From Octopus bimaculoides (lineage: Eukaryota): a DNA stretch of 53,214 nt. The position numbers and the translations under genes were made by a program. How positions within the stretch are numbered: position 1 is the stretch's first letter; each line of letters starts with the position of its first letter. The stretch covers positions 38,160,235 through 38,213,448 of the forward strand of contig NC_068995.1 in the NCBI RefSeq assembly GCF_001194135.2, written 5' to 3'. Below are positions 23,871-36,522 of the stretch, in pieces. The notes beneath the pieces are model-generated. The model had not been told where the DNA came from and made no database searches. It saw only the letters and a program-made list of their open reading frames with translations.

Positions 23871-24754
23871 GAACCCTGAACTGCTGACTTGATCCGGGGC
23901 TCTTTATAAAAAATTCTCTCAGAGGAAATTCCTGTTGATAACATAGAATTCTCCATTTGCAGACTAGGAAATTGCTAACAATTTCAAGTTAACACGGTTT
24001 GAAATTATGTAAGGGGGATAACTCCACCTAGCCCAAGACTGTAAAAGTAGTTTCGTTTCGGGAAGCTTTTGCTTACAAAACGAACTGAGCATGATATTTT
24101 TCTCCGTCTGTCTGTAGAGAGGTTATGGTTCCACCGGTCGTTTGAGTTTGGCAAGATGTCTAACCAGCTAAAGCGCTTTATACGTCCGGCCCAATGGGTG
24201 GTCTCTCACCGGCTGCAACAAACAACCTTATATATATATATATNNNNNNNNNNNNNNNNNNNNNNNNNNNNNNNNNNNNNNNNNNNNNNNNNNNNNNNNN
24301 NNNNNNNNNNNNNNNNNNNNNNNNNNNNNNNNNNNNNNNNNNNNNNNNNNNNNNNNNNNNNNNNNNNNNNNNNNNNNNNNNNNNNNNNNNNNNNNNNNNN
24401 NNNNNNNNNNNNNNNNNNNNNNNNNNNNNNNNNNNNNNNNNNNNNNNNNNNNNNNNNNNNNNNNNNNNNNNNNNNNNNNNNNNNNNNNNNNNNNNNNNNN
24501 NNNNNNNNNNNNNNNNNNNNNNNNNNNNNNNNNNNNNNNNNNNNNNNNNNNNNNNNNNNNNNNNNNNNNNNNNNNNNNNNNNNNNNNNNNNNNNNNNNNN
24601 NNNNNNNNNNNNNNNNNNNNNNNNNNNNNNNNNNNNNNNNNNNNNNNNNNNNNNNNNNNNNNNNNNNNNNNNNNNNNNNNNNNNNNNNNNNNNNNNNNNN
24701 NNNNNNNNNNNNNNNNACCACACACACCTGCGTCTATATATATATAAATACATA

Positions 24755-25330
24755 CTAGCAGACATCCGGTGTTGCACGCTATTTAAATGGCATAGTTTGT
24801 ATATATGATACTGTTAAGTTGAAACATGTGATATGTGGAAGTGCAGCAATGACGCAACATAGAGCACTAAGTAACATACCATGAGTCTGTCTGGAACATT
24901 CCAGGGCCTAAACTTGTTACATGATTTTTGAACGCTCCAAAAAGCTCTCAGTGGATATATTCTGTTTTCCGGCTGTCGGCCCTGCCGCTACCACGCTGAG
25001 CAATCAGCAGTCATAGGAACTGCATCTGTGTGGTAAATTAAGCCTGTGGCGCACTCAGCAGCTCCACATGAGAGACATCCACACGAAAGAAATGACGTTG
25101 GAAGTGGTTGGCGATTGGCAAGGAAGCCCTTGAAAACAACAGTATCGTGTGATATTTCAGTTTGGAATCAATAGTTATGGCTCAACCGTGCATTCCTTCG
25201 CGTAAACTGTGTGCAACCATTGTGATGGCTACTTAGCTCCCTAACGAAAACAATTCTGCATGCAGCGTCTGGGCACCCCGGGTCACATTAAGACACAGCT
25301 TTTGAGTAACGTCACTGGATCTTAGACACC
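24755..25330 (-). mobile_element. Helitron 3' remnant
   Basis: The minus strand ends CGTGCAACACCGGATGTCTGCTAG|T. Upstream are degenerate helicase-like pieces (HGMLLSALCCV resembling HGxLYVAxSRV; FTTQMQF resembling FxRxQFP). Confidence 0.5.
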
Positions 25331-25896
25331 ATATATTAGTAAGTTAATTGTTCATGTGATGTTTCAGTTCGTAATCAAAAGCTGAAGAATATTTGTATGG
25401 GCTTCGTCTATACTTCACATGAATTATTTGCTACTGAAGCTAAAAGAAAATAGTTGAATAGTTGCTTAGGAATAACCATATTTTAGCATATTTTTCATAA
25501 TAAAGATAGTGAGTTCGAAACAGTTTTTATTTAAATAAATTGCTACCTATGGTACTAGGGGAACAGGCTATTATTTCTATCACTTAAACAACACAGTTTG
25601 AATACAACTTACTTCAGTGACTGTTTTTGTTTTTTCTCCAATTTGAACAGAAGCAATGTGTAGACCATGCGGGTATTCGTACGTACCCGAGGAAAGGAGG
25701 GTTGCTGCCTCATTACTCATTATGAGTCTAAAACTATCTCCGGAAAACACAATGTCCAGGAAAAGGGGTTTTTCTGCTCCCAAGGGCCACATTATTAATT
25801 ATGTGAAAACTTTTAAGGGTCCAAAACCATACCTGGAACATAACGTATATTTCCAGTTTGGAGAGTATCAGTTGCGAACTTGAGAAATTCTGCTGG

Positions 25897-25935
<39 letters not shown>

Positions 25936-26427
25936 ATACATTCACATCGTCAGTTATATATATATATATATATATATACTAATGAAAATTACTTAAATAG
26001 GTTTGCCATATATTTTAACTTATAAGAGCAATTTCAAGGTAGTTTTCCCAGGTGAAAAATTCCTTGCTTATTTTATAAGAGTAAATACACAATTATCAGC
26101 TCAATGGTGCCTTCTTAAATACAGTTAAATACAAGTAGGGCGTAGTATAGAAAGTCATACCTACACCGATTTGAAAGTTGCAGTTTTATAATGAATCCAT
26201 GAATTTTAGAGACTGGCATATGTTCGCAGACTGGAATTTCCTAAATACTAACGCGCAGCAGTGATGGAAAATCATTAAGCATTATGGTAGTTCAAATATT
26301 CTTGAGGGGTATTTTAACGTAAGAGACTTTAGCTACAGTTTAGATATTTACATAAGCGAGAATTTTTCCTTCATGTCTCACAAACTCCCTTTCAGGCGAT
26401 TGTAGGAGTGTGAACACATCCAAGTAC

Positions 26428-26452
26428 ATCTATCTATCTATCTATCTATCTA

Positions 26453-26503
<51 letters not shown>
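26428..26503 (+). repeat. Compound (TATC)n-(TGTC)n microsatellite
   Basis: Seen directly in the sequence. Confidence 0.95.
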
Positions 26504-26505
<2 letters not shown>

Positions 26506-26630
26506 TTGGCTCTGTATCTCTGTCACTCTGCGTGATTGTAAATTAACTTAGAAATGATTGCAAATTAAATTAAANNNNNNNNNNAATTAGAACTGAAGTA
26601 TCAAACCATTGGGCATTAATTTAGATTCCG

Positions 26631-26677
<47 letters not shown>

Positions 26678-27047
26678 AGAAATTAAAAAAGGAAAATACA
26701 CACACTTTACATAGTTTTAATATAATTTTTAATATATCGACCGGTTTCTCTTTCGGTATTCATATTATGGTTTACATATTTGAATATGTATTTTCTTCAG
26801 AAGAAATTTTTGTTCATATTGTGTGTGATGATATTTACGAGTGAATGACTCCACAACTAGGGGAGGTAATTGGTTATCCTTATTATTGTTATTCTTATGG
26901 GCAAGGGAGATAACTGTTCAGCTTTCGGTAAGGGAAGGTGAATATATATAGACAGACAAAATATGGTTTCGAAAAGCTTGTTTACTGAGGGGATTTATGT
27001 ACAGTGATGTAATTGTGAATTGAAATATGTAAAAAGATAAAAGTTGG

Positions 27048-27330
27048 TTATGCGTGCATATTAAGACGTACTCTGTATTTCTCAATGCAAAAAGTTTCTT
27101 TATTTAATCTTTCTTGTGGAGAGATTGTGTCTTTGCACTGGTAGAAGGGGAAAACTGAGAACTTTTTTATGTTATTTGCACATTTTTCTAAATGTTCACT
27201 GAGAAGAATTTGCCTGTATTGCGGGTAACGGATTTGCTCTTTATGTAGAATGGCTCTCCTTCTCAAGGTCATACTCGTCTGTGCAATATAGTTGTGTCCG
27301 CATCCCGAGCAGGTTCATAAATTATGTTCT
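27048..27330 (-). mobile_element. Penelope-like GIY-YIG endonuclease remnant
   Basis: TCSGCGHNYIAQTSMTLRRRAILHKEQIRYPQYRQILLSEHLEKC..FPFYQCK..ERLNKETFCIEKYRVRLN, paralogous to 31500-31835 and 47270-47568. Confidence 0.85.
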
Positions 27331-28389
27331 TCAAGCATACGTAACGCATCCTTTATTAATATTGCCGACTTCTTCTTCTTCACGATAGTCCGGTTACACC
27401 CTTTGGGTAACACCGACGGTGTTATATGCTTGAAGAATGAGAATAGTTAAAGTTAGAATAAAAATGAAAAATGATTTAAAGAATCAAAAATTAGAAAGTG
27501 AAAGAATTAAACCAAAACATAAAAAATGTAAGTAAATCATTAGAAATTTTGAAAATGTTGTAAATATGTATGTATGAAAATTAAAAATAGATGTTGACGA
27601 GAACGGCATAAGTGTATCAAAGAGTTGTTTCCCTTGAGAATATAAGTACTTCGGTAACAATTTTTCGGTTACCATCGGTGGTCACATTATTTCTTCATAT
27701 ATACCAGGTGACGAAGTATAGCTGAAACTCAATTAAAATTATATAGTATGCTGTCAAAAGCTCCAAATACTGGATGTGCTGGTGTGCATGCTTCTACTCT
27801 GCACACACACACATTCATACTCAGACGTATGCAAACACGTGTCATATATACAGCATGGGATGAGTAATTCGGGATGCTTAATTATAAATATTTAGATGGC
27901 GGTGTTCATAGAATTTTACTCGAGCTCTTAAGCATACACAATTGAACAATAAAGGAAATAATTTGATGAATGGAGGCCATGTTCATCTTCTGTGTACTAC
28001 CTCATGTCTGCTAGCTGGCGCGTGTCATAATTGAGCAAACTAGGTCATGTCTTCACTGTCTGGTGTCTCGTCTTGAAAAAGGAAATCCCAAGGCTTCGTG
28101 TCAGCACCTAACCGCTCTTACGCCATCTAGTTGCGAGTCTGTTTAAACGACCGCTGTCAAGGGAGGTAACTGCGCCTACAAGTGTAGCAAGCTATGTAAA
28201 CCAATTAAAATGTCTTCATTTGTCTCCCGTGGAAAATAAAATGCTTACACACGGGGTAAGAACGAGAAATAAACACAGTCATAGTTTCGAAAAGTGAATA
28301 ACAGAAATTGACAATTCTCTAAATGTAAAATCTTTCCTACACGCAGTTTGGTTCGAAATGGAAGCTTATATGGTGAGAATATTTGAAAT

Positions 28390-28454
<65 letters not shown>

Positions 28455-28568
28455 NNNNNNNNNNNNNNNNNNNNNNNNNNNNNNNNNNNNNNNNNNNNNN
28501 NNNNNNNNNNNNNNNNNNNNNNNNNNNNNNNNNNNNNNNNNNNNNNNNNNNNNNNNNNNNNNNNNNNN

Positions 28569-28603
<35 letters not shown>

Positions 28604-28675
28604 AAACAAAAAGAAACACTTTAAACGTTCAGGTCACTATAACTACACCGCAATACTTGCAATGAATTTAAATCA

Positions 28676-28835
28676 TCGATGATGGTCCCAGGAGGTCAAT
28701 GAGTGTCGTCGCCAGAAAATTTCAGGTTTCAGAAAGGAATATTAGAAATCTGGTCCACGAGGACATTTGGAACATGTCGTCCATTCTGAAGAGAGAATAA
28801 TTCACATCTACAACTTTCGTGTTCAATACGGTGCA
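28676..28835 (+). mobile_element. Tc1/mariner-type transposase HTH fragment
   Basis: DDGPRRSMSVVARKFQVSERNIRNLVHEDIW resembles the mariner/maT N-terminal HTH region. Element boundaries (possibly about 27853-28925) are uncertain. Confidence 0.55.
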
Positions 28836-29893
28836 TGACCTCCTAAAATTCTGTCATTTGACTACAGTTTCTTTATAAATATTTATATTATAATAGTGGA
28901 AACCGTGAATGTTTCAAGCAGTTAATGGTAAAATTATTGGGTTGTTTCTGAAAACTTTACCCAAAAACCTGAAAGCGTAGCTTGTGTTGTGCCTATGTCG
29001 AAAGATCGTTGCTCATCTGGTAATGATTGAAAAGTGAAAGAAATAGAATACGATGATCAATTCATGCTCTTTATATATAAACATTATATACTTTATGCAG
29101 AATTTTCTAGACTTAATACTCTGCACACTCATTCTTTCTCTCTCACTCTTCACCTTACCGTCTCTTTCTCTCTCCTTTTTCTTTCGATCTTCGCCTTTCT
29201 CGTCAACTAATCACATGAAAGCCTTACAGAAGGTTCAAGTAACGGAGGAAAGAAAGCTAAGTTTAAAAAAAGATTACTCTTTTCATTCTCCACCACCTCT
29301 CACTCCTCCAAACTTCTCCTATTTCTCCACCCACTCCTACCTCTCTCTTACCTCATCCTTCAACTGGAAGAGTTACCGAAGGACTAAGTAACGGAGTGAC
29401 AAGCAGAATTAGTATAAGATTATGCAATAATTCTATGTTTTACGTAAGCATATAAATGTGCATTTCTTTATACATGTCTACGTTTGTACAGACACACACG
29501 TAGTCCTGTTTATATGTCACCTTTCTATTCTTTCAAGGCTGTCCTAAGGACTGGACGTATCCTATTGTCAAAGAAAATATTTCTCCAGCTTTCGCTATTT
29601 TAGCCTCGTTCTGGGCTAACGACCCTCCATGTTTTTCTTTCAGTTTCCTTGTCTCCACTGTCTCGTTTTTGTTCCCAACTTTGACCCCTCCCCCATAAAT
29701 CCCTAATTTTATTTTAGTACTTAGGGCAGCAACTGTCATTGATGACTCATATTCGGGTCCATTGCTTGAACTGATGAAGGATCGTTATTTATGTTATTTG
29801 TCCTGTTTTCGATTTGTTTCTCTTGTTGCTTGCGTATTGAACTCATTTATTTTCGTATTTCATGTTGCTTACTGTTGACGACATCCTCTACCC

Positions 29894-29924
<31 letters not shown>

Positions 29925-29930
29925 ATGCTT

Positions 29931-30331
29931 ATAGGCGCAGGAATGGCTGTGTGGTAAGTAGCCTGCTTACCAACCACATGGCTCCGTGTTCAGTCCACTG
30001 CGTGGCACCTTGGGCCAGTGTCTTTTACTTTAGCCTCGGGCCGACCAAAGCCTTGTGAGTGGATTTGGTAGACGGAAACTGAAAAACGCCCGTCGTATAT
30101 ATGTGTGTGTGTGTGTGTTTGTTTGTGTGTCTGTGCTTGTCCTCCCAACATCGCTTCACAACCGATGGTGGGGTGTTTATATCCCCGTAACTTAGCGGTT
30201 CGGCAAAAGAGACTCACAGAATAAGTACTAGGTTTACAAAGAATAAGTCCTGGGGTCGATCTGTTCGACTAAAGGCGGTGCTCCAGCATGGCCGCATTCA
30301 AATGACTGAAACAAGTAAAAGAATAAAAGAG
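29931..30331 (+). mobile_element. Full-length tRNA-head SINE (family A)
   Basis: ataggcgcaggaatggctgtgtggtaag...ggcggtgctccagcatggccgcattcaaatgactgaaacaagtaaaagaataaaag. Confidence 0.92.
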
Positions 30332-30639
30332 TATATATGTATATATATNNNNNNNNNNNNNNNNNNNNNNNNNNNNNNNNNNNNNNNNNNNNNNNNNNNN
30401 NNNNNNNNNNNNNNNNNNNNNNNNNNNNNNNNNNNNNNNNNNNNNNNNNNNNNNNNNNNNNNNNNNNNNNNNNNNNNNNNNNNNNNNNNNGATGCATGTC
30501 TGTGTCAAGGAGTGTGAGGGTAAATGCATTCATACCGACGGTACGTAATTGAATGGAATGAATCAGAAAGGCTAATGATATTTTTACGACTTCCTGCTGT
30601 TCCGACGTTCTCCCGGACTGCACAAGGCAGACATTTTTC

Positions 30640-31835
30640 ATAGAATCGCTGAGTTCATCCTACAAAAAAAATCACTTCCTATTCGATGTAATATACTACC
30701 GCCAAAAATGCGGTATTGCGATGGGAAAAAAAGCAGCGCCTGTCCTTGCGAACCTAATAATGGGTTTCTTTGAATCTATCCTATATGAAATTTCACTTCA
30801 AAACTTTGGAGCCCCGCTCCACCAGTATATAAGAGAAAACTGGAAAAGATACCTAAACGATTGTTTTATCATCTGGAATGAAACCTTTGATAAACTTCAG
30901 GATTTCAAATCCACACTGAACAATATATACTCCAATATTCGATTTGCAATGGAATATAGCAAGGAAAAGCTCCCATGTCTGGACAGTTTGATTATTAAAA
31001 AATCAAACAACCAAATTGCAAATGATATCTACTACAAACCAACAGACTCAAAACAATATCTCATTTTCAGTTCACGGCAACCTAAGCATACCAAAATAAA
31101 TATCCCATTCAATCTAGCAAAAAGGATCTGTACAATTGTATCTGACAGAGCCACTTGTGAACTTCGCCTACAAGACATCAAAATAGCACTCATTGAACGT
31201 CAATTTCCACCTGCACTTATAGAGCATGGAATTAAACGTGCGAAGAAATTGGACACAAACACACAAAGGACAACAAAACAAAGCACCACACCTCACTTTA
31301 CATCATTCCCATAGATATCAACACACAACCCCAGAATGAACGACATCCTAAATACACATAAACTTCTCAAATGCAAAAGACAATACAAATTACTTAACAA
31401 ATGTAAAACTATACTCAATACATGCGATACTAATACAAAAAAAATGTACACGACCTAAGTGTGGTACATGCCCATACCTAATTGAAGGCTCGTAATTCAC
31501 ATTCCAGCAAGGTGAGAAATTCTCAATTAAGACTAACTTCACATGTGCTTCCCAGAACCTTGTCTCTGCCCTAACCTGCTCAGGTCGTGGCCACAATTAT
31601 GTAGGCCAAACGAGCCACACTTTGATGCGCAGAGTCACGCTGCATAAAGAACAGATTCGTTTTCTTCGATACAGGCAGATAGCCTAAGCGAACATATCGA
31701 CAGATGCGCAAGAACTAAAACGCCGAATACATATATCTTTCCATTATAACTATGCAAAGATTCAATCTCCTTACAAGAACGCCTAAACAAGGAAAACTAG
31801 TTCATACAAATGTACAGACCACACCTTAATATACA
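30640..31835 (+). mobile_element. Penelope-like retroelement (RT plus Zn-linker/GIY-YIG), 5'-truncated and degenerate
   Basis: KNHFLFDVIYYRQKCGIAMGKKAAPVLANLIM, WKRYLNDCF (YxDD degenerate), FAMEYSKEKLPCLD, YYKPTDSKQYL, PKHTKINIPFNLAKRI. After frameshifts comes FTCASQNLVSALTCSGRGHNYVGQTSHTLMRRVTLHKEQIR. Confidence 0.92.
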
Positions 31836-32269
31836 AACTTGACAACCTGATACTTACACATTCCTGTTTCAACAATTATACTGAGAATTTAGTAGTCCCA
31901 TTTGCTACCTGTCGCATCCTTTTGTCCACTCTTTAAGATATTTATCCTTACTTTTCAAGCATCCAAAATGGCGAGAGCCCTTTGTCACAAGAATTGATCA
32001 CTTCACAATGTTCCTTGAAAAGCTGATTGAAATAGCGAAAACCTGTTTGATATCACGACTTCCATAAAATATGTATATATATAAAAAAATCTTTTTATAA
32101 AAAGATATTAAACTATGTGAAACGCAGGCATTTCTCTTCCACTTTTTATATATGTTTTCCACATATTTTCAACATAATTTTGCCACGTGGTGTATGCTAA
32201 ATGTCCAGGATTTTTGCTCCTTTATACTTTTATATTTCTTCCTATATATATATCTTATAATGCAGTTCT

Positions 32270-32377
32270 ATATTTAAGAGATGAGGAATTATGTACATTA
32301 TTTACATTTAATGGATTTTTGTCCTCAACTTTTTTGTTGTTAACTGAACGTTTCGGCTGATATACCCTCCAGCCTTC
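32270..32377 (-). mobile_element. Retroelement terminal-repeat fragment with a partial hammerhead-like core
   Basis: Minus strand GAAGGCTG-GAGGGTATAT-CAGCC-GAAAC-GTT gives a 5-bp helix II plus the GAAA core; the CUGAUGA half is missing. Confidence 0.5.
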
Positions 32378-32973
32378 CCAAACATATGATTTATGGTGAG
32401 CATAACAAACTGCAGTAAAGGTGCAAAAATTCTTTAAAATCGAATTTGAAACTTAAATGGTACAAAAGTTTTGGATCATTTGCATCAAGTAAGGAGGAGT
32501 GAAGTGGTACAATATGGAGTAGTGTTAAAAATTTTGAGATTTAAAGAGTAACGTAAAATGAGATGAATATGAATAGCCTTGCGAGATTTTCTCATTCCTT
32601 CCTTAAATATTCTCTACGCACAAAATTGTGTATATGTCACTTTCGCATGACACAGTAACAGCTTATCTATATGGGATAGGCATTCATAAACTATAGGAAT
32701 TTCAATTCAGAAAATCCGTTTCAATGCCATGTTTGTCAAAAAACCTACAGGTCACGTGGAGGATTTAAGCGGAGGTTGAACACTCACAATAACCAGGCGG
32801 GAAAGGAGCCTATGCTGAAATCAGACATTGCTGCAGTATATATGATCAGCTATTCAAACGCCTTTAAAGGTACGTGAGTGCAATTCTGGGTGCTCTCTCT
32901 CCCAGGTTTGATGTATGTATGTATATACATACATACATACATACATGCATACACACACAAACACACATAGACA

Positions 32974-33015
<42 letters not shown>

Positions 33016-33268
33016 AACAGGAGAGTGGGAAATTTGTTTGGTATCATTTGTTCATCGTCATACGTGTTTCCTTTGCTAATAGGAGTCACACAATTGTACG
33101 TGAAGTAAAAACATGCTAAGATGTATCTTATTAGAAATGCTTCAAACAGAAAATCAAATAATACTGAATTTCCATTTGGATGACACTTTTAGATGTAATC
33201 AATAGTCAGAAGTCCTATGGATAGTGAGAAAGTAATATAAAGTAAAATTTTGTATAGAAAATAATTAG

Positions 33269-33435
33269 TAGGCGCAGGAGTGGCTGTGTGGTAAGTAGCT
33301 TGCTTACCAACCACATCGTTCCGGGTTCAGTCCCACTGCGTGGCACCTTGGGCAAGTGTCTTCTACTATAGCCTCGGGCCGACCAAAGCCTTGTGAGTGG
33401 ATTTGGTAGACGGAAACTGAAAGAAGCCCGTCGTA

Positions 33436-33497
<62 letters not shown>

Positions 33498-33720
33498 TAT
33501 GCTTGTGTGTTTGTGTGTCTGTGTTTGTCCCCCCCCCACCAGCGTCGCTTGACAACCGATGTTGGTGTGATTACGTCCCTGTAACTTAGCGGTTCGGCAA
33601 AAAGAGAACGATAGAATAAGCACTAGGCTTCCAAAGAATAAGTCCCGGGGTCGAGTTTCTCGACTAACGGTGGTGCTCCAGCATGGCCACAGTCAAATGA
33701 CTGAACCAAGTAAAAGAGTA
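33269..33720 (+). mobile_element. Full-length tRNA-head SINE (family A) with long internal (TA)n
   Basis: taggcgcaggagtggctgtgtggtaag...ggttcagtccc...gtcaaatgactgaaccaagtaaaagag. Confidence 0.93.
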
Positions 33721-34174
33721 AAATAGTACATGGATATTTAATAAAAATAAGGGAAAAACGCTTCCGGCATATGATATAATTCTCCTACTCTATGTATATC
33801 TTTTACTTTCCACTTCTGTCAATCTTTACAGAGTTACCGCCTTGAAGAGTTTTAGACGAAATATCGAGCTGCGTTCTGTTTTTACAGCCTAGTACTATTT
33901 CTATTAGGTTTTTTGTTTGCCTAACCGCCAATAAAGTAAATAAAAGAACACTAGTAGTCAGGTGGTAGTGAGAGACAAACACAGACATCTATATATGTGT
34001 ACATGCATATGAATATATTTGCAATTATATATACTGACATATATACATACATACACATACATACATACACATACATAGATACACACACATATATATATAT
34101 ATATTTATATACACATACATACCTATTTATGTTTATCTCTGTCGATACAAACATACGCATATACACACACACAC

Positions 34175-34237
<63 letters not shown>

Positions 34238-35419
34238 ACGGACGGGAAACAGAGGGAACATAGCAGAAAGCGTCAGGAATTATTGACGAGAAAATATTTG
34301 ATGGAGTATACTCAGTGGAAAATATCGCTTTGTTGCTATATGAATGAACGTTAATTCTTTAATATCAAAAGACTTGCTCTTATGGAAAATCTTTCCAAAT
34401 GAACCACTTACAAATAGTATGCATAAATGTGTATTCATAAATTTCGCTTAACGTAAATACTTCATAAAGCAATTTATCCTACGGAAAGCATGGTGATAAT
34501 AGACTGTTTCGCCAATATTCCTGATGAGGAAAATGAAAAAAATGAAGAAATACTCTATAGTTCTAGCTCCGATAGCCTTTCAAAACATGAAAAAAAAAAG
34601 CGAGACAATTGTACATCTAGAGAGCACTCAATTTATTCACGACTCCAGAGAACAGGCAAGAATAATACTCATTAGCATCAATGCACTTAATTTCATTTTA
34701 ATATCTTTTGTACATGTTTTACTTTGTTACTATGAAGACAAATAAGAAATCGATACGACTTAATGATTAATAGTGCGATTTAAAATGAAGAACTCATCTT
34801 AAACATATTTGTTGAAAGATTAAATATGGGAGCGTAAATATTGTACTTACTGTAACCTTGTAGTTGTTGTAAAACAGAACTGTTTCAATCTGCACTGTAC
34901 ATTTATATACACTTGGAAGGTCCCACTAACATAGTAAGTTTGCGAGCCTCTTACTCAGTGCTTCTCTCCTGTTTTAGAGGTAGAGCCACTCTGAACTCCA
35001 CAACCCAATTCAATACACAACATTAGAGGACCCTAGATAAAAAAAAGAAAGAGAGGTGGAATAAATAACCTCAGCACTTGACTGGCATTACCTAGACAAA
35101 TACAATAAAATGTACAACAAAACACAGCGGATTTTAAAGTCAGACTACTGCGAGTTTCAACAAATAACCTTGCATTCTTTCCAGAAGCTCTGAAAATTAT
35201 ATCTAACATCTCAACGAGTTTTAATCTTGCGAGGAATATAGCTATAACTATACTACATATTTCATAAAACAGAATGGAGACAAAGTATCGAAAACTAACA
35301 AATATGTAAGGATGACTCAATTTAATTCATTTTCTGAACTGAAATGCAAGCTGCAAGCCGCTTCAAAATATGACGGACTTTTAAGAAAACTTTCAAGAGT
35401 TACTGAAAAAAATATCTAT

Positions 35420-36075
35420 TTGAAGAGCACCATCGAAAAGTGTCACTGGCCGTAATGGCGTGTCTTACAAATTATACAAAAGCTGTTCCATTCTTACCAA
35501 AAGTTATGCTTCACTCTCAGAAGAGCTTGGCTTGAAAAGGTGATCATAAGCTATTGGACAAGAGCAGAAGTTATCTACCTCCCAAACGAGCTGTGCTCAT
35601 AACGGGTTGAGGCCAATTACCTAAATAAATGTTCATGGAAAAATATCCCTTGGCATTGTTGCTCGTCGAGCTGAGAGATTTTTGACTACTTTATACTTTT
35701 TACCCCTTTATACTTTTTACCTTCAAAAGTTCTGACCTCCTCATGTGGTGCAAAGAGAGAACAGTTGTAAGGACGGGATACCATACAGTTCTATGGGAGG
35801 CGAAAACAAAGCCATTTTCTTTAGGAAAAACAGAAAATACAGGGAATAGTTTGAACAGGCAAATCAATGGCTAATGTGCTTCCCATCACAAGTAGGTATT
35901 AGAGGATCTTTTGGAATGAAGATTCACTCGATGGACAGTTCGCTTGACTATCCGTGAAGGACAGAAAAGACGTTGCGTAAAAGTTGTCGAAATCTACTGA
36001 GAACGCAAACCATTAACTGTGGCTCAAGAGGGAGGACGAGTGGTGCAGAAGGAACGATCAGATTCAACAACGCGG
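35420..36075 (+). mobile_element. Internally deleted HERO-like (RLE) non-LTR retrotransposon remnant
   Basis: VTGRNGVSYKLYKSC, W-x-RAEVIYLPK-like and RPIT*INVHGKISLGIVARR (RT N-terminal region). About 70 bp later come SDLLMWCKERTVV..TVLWE and FPSQVGIRGS, resembling the PD..ELTVPWE..FPVEVGCRGF motifs of the HERO endonuclease domain. Confidence 0.6.
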
Positions 36076-36318
36076 CGCGCTATTGTGAGTCAATTTTGTC
36101 GTCTACATCAGAGGATGGCCTACAATAAGTCAACAGTCGCGGCGGAAGCTCTTGAATCAACTTCAGAATTGCTTCACCACTTGTTGCGACATCAACTCCC
36201 TCGGTACACAAGTTCAACNNNNNNNNNNNNNNNNNNNNNNNNNNNNNNNNNNNNNNNNNNNNNNNNNNNNNNNNNNNNNNNNNNNNNNNNNNNNNNNNNN
36301 NNNNNNNNNNNNNNNNNN

Positions 36319-36355
<37 letters not shown>

Positions 36356-36357
36356 CA

Positions 36358-36522
36358 TACGCGAAGTACTTTCAGTTTCCATCTACCAAGTCCTCTCACA
36401 AGATGTTGATCGGCCCGTGGATATAGATAGAAGATACCTACTGAAGGTGCCACACAGTATCACTGAACTCGGAACCATGTGGTTGAGAACCAAGCTTCTT
36501 ATGTCACAGCCATACCTGCACC
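36358..36522 (-). mobile_element. SINE family A, 5' half
   Basis: The reverse complement matches the family A head (ggtgcaggtatggctgtg...ccacatggttccgagttcagt...ggcacc...ggaaactgaaag). Confidence 0.8.
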
